Below, one piece after another: positions 12,261-22,744 of a DNA stretch of 64,000 nt. Every line of letters starts with the position of its first letter. Within the stretch, counting starts at the first letter, position 1. The notes beneath the pieces were generated by a model that was not told the origin of the DNA, searched no databases, and saw only the letters and a list, made by a program, of their open reading frames with translations. Position numbers and translations under genes: made by a program. This DNA is from a phage, in assembly GCA_019566135.1 (NCBI GenBank), contig GCA_019566135.1_3044.1. One strand, 5' to 3'.

Positions 12261-12268
12261 TATAAATA
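12261..12268 (+). promoter_or_regulatory. Late promoter TATAAATA for gene 34
   Basis: Exact TATAAATA 35 nt upstream of the gene 34 ATG. Confidence 0.7.
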
Positions 12269-12302
12269 CTTATTATTGAAAACACAATAGGAGCCCGGGA
12301 GA

Positions 12303-15300
12303 ATGGCCGAGATTAAAAGAAAGTTCAGAGCAGAAGATGGTCTGGACGCAGGTGGTGATAAAATAATCAACGTAGCTTTAGCTGATCGTACCGTAGGAAC
12401 TGACGGTGTTAACGTTGATTACTTAATTCAAGAAAACACAGTTCAACAATATGATCCAACTCGTGGATATTTAAAAGATTTTGTAATCATTTATGATAAC
12501 CGCTTTTGGGCTGCTATAAATGATATTCCAAAACCAGCAGGAGCTTTTAATAGCGGACGCTGGAGAGCATTACGTACAGATGCTAACTGGATTACGGTTT
12601 CATCTGGTTCATATCAATTAAAATCTGGTGAAGCAATTTCGGTTAACACTGCAGCTGGAAATGACATTACGTTTACTTTACCGTCTTCTCCAATTGATGG
12701 TGATACTATCATTCTCCAAGATATTGGAGGAAAACCTGGAGTTAACCAAGTTTTAATTGTAGCTCCAGTGCAAAGTATTGTAAACTTTAGAGGTGAACAG
12801 GTACGTTCAGTACTAATGACTCATCCAAAGTCACAGCTAGTTTTAATTTTTAGTAATCGTCTGTGGCAAATGTATGTAGCTGATTATAGTAGAGAAGCTG
12901 TAGTTGTAACACCAGCGAATACTTATCAAGCGCAATCTAATGATTTTATCGTGCGTAGATTTACTTCTGCTGCACCAATTAATGTTAAACTTCCAAGATT
13001 TGCTAATCATGGCGATATTATTAATTTCGTCGATTTAGATAAACTGAATCCACTTTATCATACAATTGTTACTACATACGATGAAACGACTTCAGTACAA
13101 GAAGTTGGAACTCATTCCATTGAAGGCCGTACATCGATTGACGGTTTCTTGATGTTTGATGATAATGAGAAATTGTGGAGATTGTTTGACGGGGATAGTA
13201 AAGCACGTTTACGCATTATAACGACTAATTCTAATATTCGTCCAAACGAAGAAGTTATGGTATTTGGTGCGAATAACGGAACAACTCAGACAATTGAACT
13301 TCAGCTTCCTACTGATATTTCTGTTGGTGATACTGTTAAAATTTCCATGAATTACATGAGAAAAGGACAAACAGTTAAAATCAAAGCTGCAGGTGAAGAT
13401 AAAATTGCTTCTTCAGTTCAATTGCTGCAATTCCCAAAACGTTCAGAATATCCGCCTGAGGCTGAATGGGTTACAGTTCAAGAATTAGTTTTTAACGGTG
13501 AAACTAATTATGTTCCAGTTTTACAGCTTGCTTATATAGAAGATTCTGATGGAAAATACTGGGTTGTACAGCAAAACGTTCCAACTGTAGAAAGAGTAGA
13601 CTCTTTAAATGATTCTACTAGAGCAAGATTAGGCGTAATTGCTTTAGCTACACAGGCTCAAGCTAACGTCGATTTAGAAAATTCTCCACAAAAAGAATTA
13701 GCAATTACTCCAGAAACATTAGCTAACCGTACTGCTACAGAAACTCGTAGAGGTATCGCAAGAATAGCAACTACTGCTCAAGTGAATCAGAACACCACAT
13801 TCTCTTTTGCTGATGATATTATCATTACTCCTAAAAAGCTGAATGAAAGAACTGCTACAGAAACTCGTAGAGGTGTTGCTGAAATTGCTACGCAACAGGA
13901 AACTAATGCAGGTACTGATGATACTACAATCATCACTCCTAAAAAGCTTCAAGCTCGACAAGGTTCTGAATCATTATCAGGTATTGTAACCTTTGTATCT
14001 ACCGCGGGAGCTACTCCAGCTTCTAGTCGTGAATTAAATGGTACAAACGTTTATAATAAAAACACTAATAATTTAGTTGTTTCGCCTAAAGCTCTAGATC
14101 AGTATAAAGCTACTCCAACGCAACAAGGTGCAGTAATTTTAGCAGTTGAAAGTGAAGTAATTGCTGGACAGAGCCAAGAAGGATGGGCAAATGCGGTTGT
14201 AACGCCAGAAACGTTACATAAAAAGACATCAACTGATGCAAGAATTGGTTTAATTGAAATTGCTACGCAAAGTGAAGTTAATACAGGAACTGATTATACT
14301 CGTGCAGTCACTCCTAAAACTTTAAATGACCGTAAAGCAACTGAAAGTTTAAGTGGTATAGCTGAAATTGCTACGCAAGTTGAATTCGACGCAGGCGTCG
14401 ACGATACTCGTATCTCTACGCCATTAAAAATTAAAACTAGATTTAATAGTACTGATCGTACTTCTGTTGTTGCTCTATCTGGATTAGTTGAATCAGGAAC
14501 TCTCTGGGACCATTATACCCTTAATATTCTTGAAGCAAATGAGACACAGCGTGGTACACTTCGTGTGGCTACACAAGTTGAAGCTGCTGCAGGAACATTA
14601 GATAATGTTTTAATAACTCCTAAAAAGCTTTTAGGTACTAAATCTACCGAATCGCAGGAAGGTGTTATTAAAGTTGCAACTCAGTCTGAAACTGTGACTG
14701 GAACGTCAGCAAATACTGCTGTATCTCCAAAAAATTTAAAATGGATTGTGCAGAGTGAACCTACTTGGGCAGCTACTACTGCGATAAGAGGCTTTGTTAA
14801 AACTTCATCTGGTTCAATTACATTCGTTGGTAATGATACAGCTGGTTCTACGCAGGACTTAGAGCTATACGAGAAAAACAGCTATGCAGTATCACCATAT
14901 GAATTAAACCGTGTATTAGCAAATTATTTGCCATTAAAAGCAAAAGCTGCTGATACAAATTTATTGGATGGTCTAGATTCATCTCAATTCATTCGTAGGG
15001 ATATTGCACAGACGGTTAATGGTTCACTAACCTTAACTCAACAAACGAATCTGAGTGCCCCTCTTGTATCATCTAGTACTGCTACGTTTGGCGGATCAGT
15101 TTCGGCAAACAGCACATTAACTATTTCTAATACTGGAACGGCAACTCGTCTGATTTTTGAGAAAGGACCTCAAACTGGAACTAACCCAGTACAGACGATG
15201 ACTATCAGAGTTTGGGGAAATCAGTTTGGTGGCGGTTCAGATACAACACGTTCTACTGTATTTGAAGTTGGTGATGAAACGTCTAATCACTTTTATTCTC

Positions 15301-16172
15301 AACGCAATAAAGCTGGGAATATAACGTTTAGTATCAATGGTACTGTAATGCCAATAAATGTTAATGCTTCGGGTTCTTTGAATGCGAACGGCGTTGCAAC
15401 ATTTGGTAGTTCAGTTACAGCCAATGGCGAATTCATCAGCAAGTCTGCAAATGCTTTCAGAGCAATTAGTGGTGATTACGGATTCTTTATTCGCAATGAT
15501 GCTGCTAATACCTATTTTATGCTCACTGCATCCGGTGATCAGACTGGCGGATTTAATGGATTACGTCCTTTGTCTATTAATAATGCATCTGGCCAAGTAA
15601 CGATTGGTGAAAGCTTAATCATTGCCAAAGGTGCTACTATAAATTCTGGTGGTTTAACTGTTAACTCGAGAATTCGTTCTCAAGGTACTAAAACATCTGA
15701 CTTATATACCCGTGCGCCAACATCTGATACTGTAGGATTCTGGTCAATTGATATTAACGATTCAGCCACTTATAACCAGTTCCCGGGTTATTTTAAAATG
15801 GTTGAAAAAACTAATGAAGTGACTGGACTTCCGTACTTAGAACGTGGCGAAGAAGTTAAATCTCCTGGTACACTGACACAGTTTGGTAACACACTTGATT
15901 CGCTTTACCAAGATTGGATTACTTATCCAACGACACCAGAAGCGCGTACCACTCGCTGGACACGTACATGGCAGAAAACCAAAAACTCTTGGTCAAGTTT
16001 TGTTCAGGTATTTGACGGAGGTAACCCTCCTCAACCATCTGATATCGGTGCTTTACCATCTGATAATGCTACAATGGGGAATCTTACTATTCGTGATTTC
16101 TTACGAATTGGTAATGTTCGCATTATTCCTGACCCAGTGAATAAAACTGTTAAATTTGAATGGGTTGAATAA
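12303..16172 (+). CDS. 34: Long tail fibre proximal subunit gp34
   Basis: 1289 aa (same as T4 gp34); repeated ITPKKL...ATE(T/S)...G(I/V)A(E/R)IAT motifs. Confidence 0.93.
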   Translation: MAEIKRKFRAEDGLDAGGDKIINVALADRTVGTDGVNVDYLIQENTVQQYDPTRGYLKDFVIIYDNRFWAAINDIPKPAGAFNSGRWRALRTDANWITVSSGSYQLKSGEAISVNTAAGNDITFTLPSSPIDGDTIILQDIGGKPGVNQVLIVAPVQSIVNFRGEQVRSVLMTHPKSQLVLIFSNRLWQMYVADYSREAVVVTPANTYQAQSNDFIVRRFTSAAPINVKLPRFANHGDIINFVDLDKLNPLYHTIVTTYDETTSVQEVGTHSIEGRTSIDGFLMFDDNEKLWRLFDGDSKARLRIITTNSNIRPNEEVMVFGANNGTTQTIELQLPTDISVGDTVKISMNYMRKGQTVKIKAAGEDKIASSVQLLQFPKRSEYPPEAEWVTVQELVFNGETNYVPVLQLAYIEDSDGKYWVVQQNVPTVERVDSLNDSTRARLGVIALATQAQANVDLENSPQKELAITPETLANRTATETRRGIARIATTAQVNQNTTFSFADDIIITPKKLNERTATETRRGVAEIATQQETNAGTDDTTIITPKKLQARQGSESLSGIVTFVSTAGATPASSRELNGTNVYNKNTNNLVVSPKALDQYKATPTQQGAVILAVESEVIAGQSQEGWANAVVTPETLHKKTSTDARIGLIEIATQSEVNTGTDYTRAVTPKTLNDRKATESLSGIAEIATQVEFDAGVDDTRISTPLKIKTRFNSTDRTSVVALSGLVESGTLWDHYTLNILEANETQRGTLRVATQVEAAAGTLDNVLITPKKLLGTKSTESQEGVIKVATQSETVTGTSANTAVSPKNLKWIVQSEPTWAATTAIRGFVKTSSGSITFVGNDTAGSTQDLELYEKNSYAVSPYELNRVLANYLPLKAKAADTNLLDGLDSSQFIRRDIAQTVNGSLTLTQQTNLSAPLVSSSTATFGGSVSANSTLTISNTGTATRLIFEKGPQTGTNPVQTMTIRVWGNQFGGGSDTTRSTVFEVGDETSNHFYSQRNKAGNITFSINGTVMPINVNASGSLNANGVATFGSSVTANGEFISKSANAFRAISGDYGFFIRNDAANTYFMLTASGDQTGGFNGLRPLSINNASGQVTIGESLIIAKGATINSGGLTVNSRIRSQGTKTSDLYTRAPTSDTVGFWSIDINDSATYNQFPGYFKMVEKTNEVTGLPYLERGEEVKSPGTLTQFGNTLDSLYQDWITYPTTPEARTTRWTRTWQKTKNSWSSFVQVFDGGNPPQPSDIGALPSDNATMGNLTIRDFLRIGNVRIIPDPVNKTVKFEWVE

Positions 16173-16180
16173 GAGGTATT

Positions 16181-17296
16181 ATGGAAAAATTTATGGCAGA
16201 GTTTGGACAAGGATATGTCCAAACGCCATTTTTATCGGAAAGCAATTCAGTAAGATATAAAATAAGCATAGCGGGTTCTTGCCCGCTTTCTACAGCAGGA
16301 CCATACGTTAAATTTCAGGATAATCCTGTAGGAAGTCAAACATTTAGCGCAGGCCTTCATTTAAGAGTTTTTGACCCTTCCACCGGAGCATTAGTTGATA
16401 GTAAGTCATATGCTTTTTCTACTTCAAATGATACTACATCTGCTGCCTTTGTTAGTTTCATGAATTCTTTTTCAAGCAATAGACTTGTTGCTATATTAAC
16501 TAACGGAAAGGTTAATTTTCCTCCTGAAGTAGTATCTTGGTTAAGAACAGCAGGAACGTCTGCTTTTCCATCTGACTCTGTATTGTCAAGATTCGACGTA
16601 TCATATGCTGCTTTTTATACTTCTTCTAAAAGAGCTATTGCATTAGAGCATGTTAAACTGAGTAATAGAAAAAGCACAGATGATTATCAAACTATTTTAG
16701 ATGTTGTATTTGACAGTTTAGAAGACGTCGGAGCTACCGGGTTTCCAAGAAGAACGTATGAAAGCGTTGAGCAATTTATGTCAGCGGTTGGTGGAACTAA
16801 TAACGAAATTGCCCGTCTACCTACAGCATCTGCAATAAGTAAACTTTCTGACTATAATTTAATTCCTGGAGATGTTCTTTATCTTAAAGCACAACTATAT
16901 GCTGACGCTGATTTATTAGCGTTGGGAACTACTAATATTTCAATTCGTTTTTATAATGCGTCGAATGGATATATTTCCTCGACACAAGCTGAGTTTACTG
17001 GACAGGCTGGGTCTTGGGAATTAAAGGAAGACTATGTAGTTGTTCCAGAAAATGCAGTTGGATTTACGATATATGCACAGAGAACTGCTCAAGCGGGACA
17101 AGGCGGTATGCGAAATTTAAGCTTTTCTGAAGTATCAAGAAATGGCGGAATTTCAAAACCTGCTGAATTTGGCGTCAATGGTATTCGTGTTAATTATATT
17201 TGTGAATCTGCTTCACCTCCGGATATAATGGTACTTCCTACGCAAGCATCGTCTAAAACTGGTAAAGTGTTTGGGCAAGAATTTAGAGAAGTATAA
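16181..17296 (+). CDS. 35: Long tail fibre hinge protein gp35
   Basis: 371 aa; immediately after gene 34. Confidence 0.88.
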   Translation: MEKFMAEFGQGYVQTPFLSESNSVRYKISIAGSCPLSTAGPYVKFQDNPVGSQTFSAGLHLRVFDPSTGALVDSKSYAFSTSNDTTSAAFVSFMNSFSSNRLVAILTNGKVNFPPEVVSWLRTAGTSAFPSDSVLSRFDVSYAAFYTSSKRAIALEHVKLSNRKSTDDYQTILDVVFDSLEDVGATGFPRRTYESVEQFMSAVGGTNNEIARLPTASAISKLSDYNLIPGDVLYLKAQLYADADLLALGTTNISIRFYNASNGYISSTQAEFTGQAGSWELKEDYVVVPENAVGFTIYAQRTAQAGQGGMRNLSFSEVSRNGGISKPAEFGVNGIRVNYICESASPPDIMVLPTQASSKTGKVFGQEFREV

Positions 17297-17301
17297 ATTG
17301 A

Positions 17302-17327
17302 GGGAGCCTTCGGGTTCCCTTTTTCTT
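17302..17327 (+). terminator. Terminator-like hairpin after gene 35
   Basis: GGGAGCC-UUCG-GGUUCCC followed by UUUUUCUUU. Confidence 0.55.
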
Positions 17328-17335
17328 TATAAATA
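17328..17335 (+). promoter_or_regulatory. Late promoter TATAAATA for genes 36-37
   Basis: Exact TATAAATA 23 nt upstream of the gene 36 ATG. Confidence 0.7.
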
Positions 17336-17358
17336 CTATTAAAATAAAGGGGCATACA

Positions 17359-18018
17359 ATGGCTGATTTAAAAGTAGGTTCAACAACCGGAGGCTCTGTC
17401 ATTTGGCATCAAGGAAATTTTCCATTGAATCCAGCCGGTGACGATGTACTCTATAAATCATTTAAAATATATTCAGAATATAATAAACCGCAGGCAGCTG
17501 ATAACGATTTCGTTTCTAAAGCTAATGGTGGTACTTATTTAAATAAGGTAATTTTTAATAAAGGAATGACTGTCCCTGGCGCAGGGTCAGGTGACAATGG
17601 TATTTTTGCTGGTCCTGGTGATAACGCCACGTATGATACTACAAATATAGATATTGTTTCGTGGTACGGTATTGGCTTTAAATCATCACAAGGTTCAGCA
17701 GCCCGAACTGTTGTAATTAATACACGTAATGGTGATATTAACACAAAAGGTGTTGTATCAGCATCAGGTCAAGTAAGAAGTGATGCGGCTGCTCCTATAG
17801 CAGCAAATGACCTTACTAGAAAGGACTACGTTGATAGAGCAATAAATACTGTTACAGCAAATGCGGATTCTAGAGTTTTACGCAAAGGTGATACCATGAC
17901 AGGTAATTTAACAGCGCCAAACTTTTTCTCACAGAATCCTGCGTCTCAACCTTCTCACGTTCCGCGATTTGATCAAATCGTAATTAAGGATTCTGTTCAA
18001 GATTTCGGCTATTATTAA
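17359..18018 (+). CDS. 36: Long tail fibre distal connector gp36
   Basis: 219 aa; position and size. Confidence 0.88.
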   Translation: MADLKVGSTTGGSVIWHQGNFPLNPAGDDVLYKSFKIYSEYNKPQAADNDFVSKANGGTYLNKVIFNKGMTVPGAGSGDNGIFAGPGDNATYDTTNIDIVSWYGIGFKSSQGSAARTVVINTRNGDINTKGVVSASGQVRSDAAAPIAANDLTRKDYVDRAINTVTANADSRVLRKGDTMTGNLTAPNFFSQNPASQPSHVPRFDQIVIKDSVQDFGYY

Positions 18019-18026
18019 GAGGACTT

Positions 18027-21000
18027 ATGGCTACTTTAAAACAAATACAATTTAAAAGAAGCAAAACCGCAGGCGCGCGTCCTGCTGCTTCAGTATTAGC
18101 CGAAGGTGAATTGGCTATAAACTTAAAAGATAGAACAATTTTTACTAAAGATGATTCAGGAAATATCATTGACTTGAGCATTTCCACTGGCGGCAATATC
18201 AGTGGAAATATCACTCAAACTGGTGATTATTTACAAAACGGCACGTATAATCTTAATGGAAACCAGTTTGTTTATGCAGGAAAATACATTGAATTTTTAC
18301 CTAAAACCGCTGGTAATGGTGCGTGGGCAAATCAACACCTCAATAAAGCTCCTATCTTTACAGATTTAAGTTCAACTACTTCTGTTTCAGAATATCATCC
18401 ACTCATTAAGCAGCGTTATAAAGATGGGACTTTTTCTGTTGGTACGTTAGTAAACGAAGGAAGTTTTAAAATTCATTATATTAATGAATCGGGAACTTCA
18501 AAATATTGGACATTTCGTAGAGATGGTGGATTTGTTGTTGATACAGGAAGTTTGACAGTAACAGATGGAAATATTTCTGCCTCTGGTAATATTAATTCAG
18601 CTACTGGGGTAGTTTCTGCTCCGCAGATTAATACAAAGACTATAGTTTTTGATACAAAAGCGTTCGGACAATATGATTCGCAGTCATTAGTTCAATATGT
18701 TTATCCTGGAACAGGTGAAGCAAACGGAATCAATTACCTTCGCAAATTCCGTGCTAAATCTGGTGGTACAATTTATCATGAATTAGCTTCTGCGCAAACC
18801 GGAAAAAGTGATGAACTTTCTTGGTGGACTGGTAATACAGCGGTTAATAAACAAATGGGCCTTCGCAATGATGGGTCTTTAGTACTACGACGTTCACTTG
18901 CAATTGGTACAATTACAACAGATGAAAACATCAATAACTACGGTTCCACTGGAGCAATGGGCGAATGTTATATAGTTATTGGTGATGCATCAACAGGTTT
19001 ATCATACAAAAAAACTGGGGTATATGACTTAGTTGCTAGTGGTCTTTCTGTAGCATCTATTACTCCTGATAGTTTCCGTAGTACGCGCAAAGCGATTTTT
19101 GGACGCTCGGAAGACCAAGGCGGTACGTGGCTTCTTCCTGGTCAAAACTCATCTCTTCTTTCAGTTCGTACTGAAGCTGACCAAAACAATAATGGAGATG
19201 GTCAGACACATATTGGCTATAATAGTAATGGTAAATTTTATCATTATTTTAGAGGCAGAGGAAGAATGGCCATTGGAATGGCCGAAGGACTTATTGTTGA
19301 ACCAGGAATTTTAGATATTAAAACTGGTTCAAATACATTAAGTTTGCGTGCTGATGGTACCGTCGCTTCTGTTCAAACATTAAAGCTTAATAATGGATTA
19401 TATTTTAATAGCGATGGAACTAACGCTTCTCTAATTTTTAAAGCAGCTTCAGGTATTGATGGTACTAAACAAATACTTTGGGAAGGTGGTACTCGTGCTG
19501 GGCAGAATAAGAGCTATGTAACTGCTAAAGCTTGGGGAAATTCATTTAATTCATCTGGCGATCGTAATCGTGAAACGGTTTTTGAAGTATCAGATGGACA
19601 AGGATATTATTTTTATGCTCAACGCGTAGCTCCTGCACCAGGTTCAACAACTGGTGCAGTTCAATTTAGAGTTGCCGGAGCATTATTAACTTCTGGCGGT
19701 ATTACATCATCTGGTTCTATTGTTACTGAATCTAGCTTAGTTGCAAATAATGGATTATCTGTAAATGGACAAGCTAAATTTGGTGGAACAGCAAATGCAT
19801 TAAGAATTTGGAATGCCGAATATGGCGCCATATTCCGTCGCTCAGAAACAGCATTGCACATTATTCCTACTCTTAAAGACCAAGGAGAAAATGGTGAAAT
19901 AGGTAATCTTCGTCCATTGAGCATCTCACTTAACAACGGTATGGTTCAAATGCGCCATTCTGTCACGTTAGGTGATGATGGTGCAGGCGGTAATATGGTG
20001 ACGGTTGATAATGATTCTAAAGTTATAGTAATGACGACTAATAGCCGTATTAGTCCTAACTTCCGTATGCAAATTGGACAGTCGTCTTATATTGATGTGG
20101 AATGTACTGATGCTGTGAGACCTGCTGGAGCCGGTTCTTTTGCTTCACAGAATAACGAAAACGTTCGCGCTCCGTTCTATATGAATATTGATAGAACAGA
20201 TACAAGCACTTATGTTCCTATTGTGAAACAAAGATACGTGCAAAATAATAGTTGCTATTCTATTGGTACTTTAATTAATGGTGGTAACTTTAGAGTTCAT
20301 TATCATGAAGGTGGCGATGGCGGTTCTACAGGCGCAATTATAAAAGATTTAGGATGGGAATTTAATAAAAACGGTGATTTTTATTCTCCTGGTAAATTAG
20401 GCGCTGGAAATATTAGAATAGGTACTGATGGTAATATCACGGGTGGTTCTGGTAACTTTGCTAACTTGAATACAACTTTAAACCGTAAAGTTAATTCTGG
20501 TTTTATTGCTTATGGAGCAACGGCAGGTTGGTACAAGTTTGCAACAGTAACAATGCCTCAAGCTACATCAACTGTTTCAATTACAGTCACCGGTGGAAAT
20601 GGATTTAATTCTGGGTCATTTAATCAGTGTGCAATTTCTGAAATTGTTCTTCGTACAGGAAACAATACTCCTAAAGGATTAAATGCTGTTCTATATAGAA
20701 GAGGACTAAATTCATTTAGAGATATTGCTTGGGTTAATACATCTGGTGATACATATGACATTTATGTTAATATGGGAACATATGCTAATCAGTTGATATT
20801 TAACTATAGTTCTGTTGATAACGCCACAGTTCAAATTATTGGCGCATTCAGCTCAGCTCAAAATCCTGTTGATGCATTGCCAGAAACATATGTTAAAGGT
20901 CAGGTAGCAGATGTATTGACTAACTTAGTTGATTCTGGAAAAACGAAGCGTTTTGTTGCTGAATCTGAAATAGCTGTTAATAATCAAACTGGATTACGTA

Positions 21001-21890
21001 TTACGAGTAACGGTGATAAATCTGGTTCAAATTCAGTATTATTCAGAAATGATGGCGGTAGTTTTTATATTCTTTTAACAGATAAAAACGCAGCAGATGG
21101 AAATACGACTGCTACAGAAGGAGATTGGAATGGTAAACGTCCTTTCCAAATTAATATGACTTCTGGTGAAGTAACATTTGGAAATAATATTAATATTTCT
21201 GGAAACGGAAGCATTAATTGGACAAAAGCCAGAGCAAACCCTAGAAATATGAGAATATTTCATGCAGGTGATGCTTCTCGTGGTAACCGTATTGAAATCG
21301 CAGATGATACTAACTATATTGCTTACTTTGAAAAAACTCCAGGTGGAGCTAACCGCTTTGTAGTAAATAATGCTACTGTAGCTGGTGTTAATCAAATGAA
21401 TTCATTTGGTATTAACATCAATAACGCGCTTGGTGGAAATAGTATAACATTTGGTGATAGCGATACTGGTATTAAGCAAAATGGCGATGGATTATTAGAC
21501 ATATATGCGAACAACGTACAAGTATTCCGTTTCCAAAACGGTGATTTGTACTCATACAAAAATATAAATGCTCCAAACGTTTATATTCGTTCTGATATTC
21601 GTTTAAAATCCAACTTCAAACCTATCGAAAATGCGCTTGATAAAGTTGAAAAACTTAACGGTGTCATTTACGATAAAGCTGAATATATCGGTGGAGAGGC
21701 AATTGAAACTGAAGCGGGTATTGTGGCTCAAACGTTACAAGACGTTTTACCAGAAGCTGTCCGTGAAACAGAAGACAGTAAGGGTAATAAAATACTCACT
21801 GTTTCTTCTCAAGCCCAGATTGCTCTTCTGGTTGAAGCTGTGAAAACACTTTCTGCTCGTGTAAAAGAACTTGAATCTAAACTTATGTAA
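18027..21890 (+). CDS. 37: Long tail fibre distal subunit gp37, T2-type with C-terminal intramolecular-chaperone-like domain
   Basis: 1287 aa; C-terminal ~100 aa (SDIRLKSNFKPIENALDKVEKLNGVIYDKAEY...) resembles autocleaving chaperone domains. Confidence 0.88.
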   Translation: MATLKQIQFKRSKTAGARPAASVLAEGELAINLKDRTIFTKDDSGNIIDLSISTGGNISGNITQTGDYLQNGTYNLNGNQFVYAGKYIEFLPKTAGNGAWANQHLNKAPIFTDLSSTTSVSEYHPLIKQRYKDGTFSVGTLVNEGSFKIHYINESGTSKYWTFRRDGGFVVDTGSLTVTDGNISASGNINSATGVVSAPQINTKTIVFDTKAFGQYDSQSLVQYVYPGTGEANGINYLRKFRAKSGGTIYHELASAQTGKSDELSWWTGNTAVNKQMGLRNDGSLVLRRSLAIGTITTDENINNYGSTGAMGECYIVIGDASTGLSYKKTGVYDLVASGLSVASITPDSFRSTRKAIFGRSEDQGGTWLLPGQNSSLLSVRTEADQNNNGDGQTHIGYNSNGKFYHYFRGRGRMAIGMAEGLIVEPGILDIKTGSNTLSLRADGTVASVQTLKLNNGLYFNSDGTNASLIFKAASGIDGTKQILWEGGTRAGQNKSYVTAKAWGNSFNSSGDRNRETVFEVSDGQGYYFYAQRVAPAPGSTTGAVQFRVAGALLTSGGITSSGSIVTESSLVANNGLSVNGQAKFGGTANALRIWNAEYGAIFRRSETALHIIPTLKDQGENGEIGNLRPLSISLNNGMVQMRHSVTLGDDGAGGNMVTVDNDSKVIVMTTNSRISPNFRMQIGQSSYIDVECTDAVRPAGAGSFASQNNENVRAPFYMNIDRTDTSTYVPIVKQRYVQNNSCYSIGTLINGGNFRVHYHEGGDGGSTGAIIKDLGWEFNKNGDFYSPGKLGAGNIRIGTDGNITGGSGNFANLNTTLNRKVNSGFIAYGATAGWYKFATVTMPQATSTVSITVTGGNGFNSGSFNQCAISEIVLRTGNNTPKGLNAVLYRRGLNSFRDIAWVNTSGDTYDIYVNMGTYANQLIFNYSSVDNATVQIIGAFSSAQNPVDALPETYVKGQVADVLTNLVDSGKTKRFVAESEIAVNNQTGLRITSNGDKSGSNSVLFRNDGGSFYILLTDKNAADGNTTATEGDWNGKRPFQINMTSGEVTFGNNINISGNGSINWTKARANPRNMRIFHAGDASRGNRIEIADDTNYIAYFEKTPGGANRFVVNNATVAGVNQMNSFGININNALGGNSITFGDSDTGIKQNGDGLLDIYANNVQVFRFQNGDLYSYKNINAPNVYIRSDIRLKSNFKPIENALDKVEKLNGVIYDKAEYIGGEAIETEAGIVAQTLQDVLPEAVRETEDSKGNKILTVSSQAQIALLVEAVKTLSARVKELESKLM

Positions 21891-21891
21891 A

Positions 21892-21909
21892 AGAGGGCTT
21901 CGGCCCTCT
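21892..21909 (+). other. Perfect stem-loop AGAGGGC-UUCG-GCCCUCU between genes 37 and 38
   Basis: 7-bp stem with UUCG loop; no U-tract; sits just before the gene 38 SD. Confidence 0.5.
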
Positions 21910-21920
21910 AAGGATTTTTA

Positions 21921-22712
21921 ATGGCAATTGTAGGTGTTCCTGGCTGGATTGGTGAATCTGCCGTGAATGAAACTGGACAACGCTGGATGGATGCTGCAAT
22001 GAAAGCAGTTCGCGTTTCAGTTCCTGGCTGGATGAGTTCAATGGCTGGACAATCTAAAGAAGTATATTATAGTGTTGGTGCTAGTAATTCTTATAATAAA
22101 GACACACTAATAAATTGGATAAAAGCTCAAGGCAGTACTCCTGTTGTTATTACTATTACAGGAAATATTGTTTCTCAATCTACTGGTGTTCCATGCTTAG
22201 ATTTTCCTAGCTCATTAACTAATGCGTATGTTACCTTAAATATTAATAGCGGGGTTCATGTATTAGGTCGGGGAGGAAATGGCGGAAGTAACTCTGCTGG
22301 TGGAGCAGGAGGAACTGCAATAAATAACGGAATTGGAACTCGTTTAAGAATAAACAATAACGGTATTATTGGTGGCGGTGGCGGTGGCGGCGCTGGTGCT
22401 AGATACCATCCTTTCCCTCAAATGGATATGATATTTGGTGGCGGCGGAGGTCGTCCATTTGGCGCTGCTGGCGCAGCAGGAGGTGGCGCAGCGGCAGCAT
22501 CTGCTGGTACAATTTCTGCTCCTGGTAAAGGTACTGTTTCTGGGGTTCACTATGGAGGAAATGGTGGAGATTTGGGAGCTGCTGGCAAATCTTCATATAT
22601 TCAAGGTGGTACTGGAGGAACTGTTCACTCGGGTGGTGCTGCGGGTAAAGCTGTTACTGGTAATGCTCCAACTTGGACTAAAGTTGGTACAATATACGGT
22701 TCAAGAGTATAA
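21921..22712 (+). CDS. 38: Receptor-recognising adhesin gp38, T2-type with glycine-rich motifs
   Basis: 263 aa; poly-Gly/Ala segments (GGGGGGGAGA, GGGGRPFGAAGAAGGGAAAA) separated by variable segments. Confidence 0.85.
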   Translation: MAIVGVPGWIGESAVNETGQRWMDAAMKAVRVSVPGWMSSMAGQSKEVYYSVGASNSYNKDTLINWIKAQGSTPVVITITGNIVSQSTGVPCLDFPSSLTNAYVTLNINSGVHVLGRGGNGGSNSAGGAGGTAINNGIGTRLRINNNGIIGGGGGGGAGARYHPFPQMDMIFGGGGGRPFGAAGAAGGGAAAASAGTISAPGKGTVSGVHYGGNGGDLGAAGKSSYIQGGTGGTVHSGGAAGKAVTGNAPTWTKVGTIYGSRV

Positions 22713-22744
22713 TTTTTGAATAAATATCCTTAAAAGGAGGGTCT

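Noticed and set aside
22344-22719. Alternative-frame ORFs inside gene 38 (22344..22550, 22399..22596, 22435..22719)
   Set aside because: They arise from the GC-rich glycine-codon repeats of gp38, which remove stop codons in all frames.
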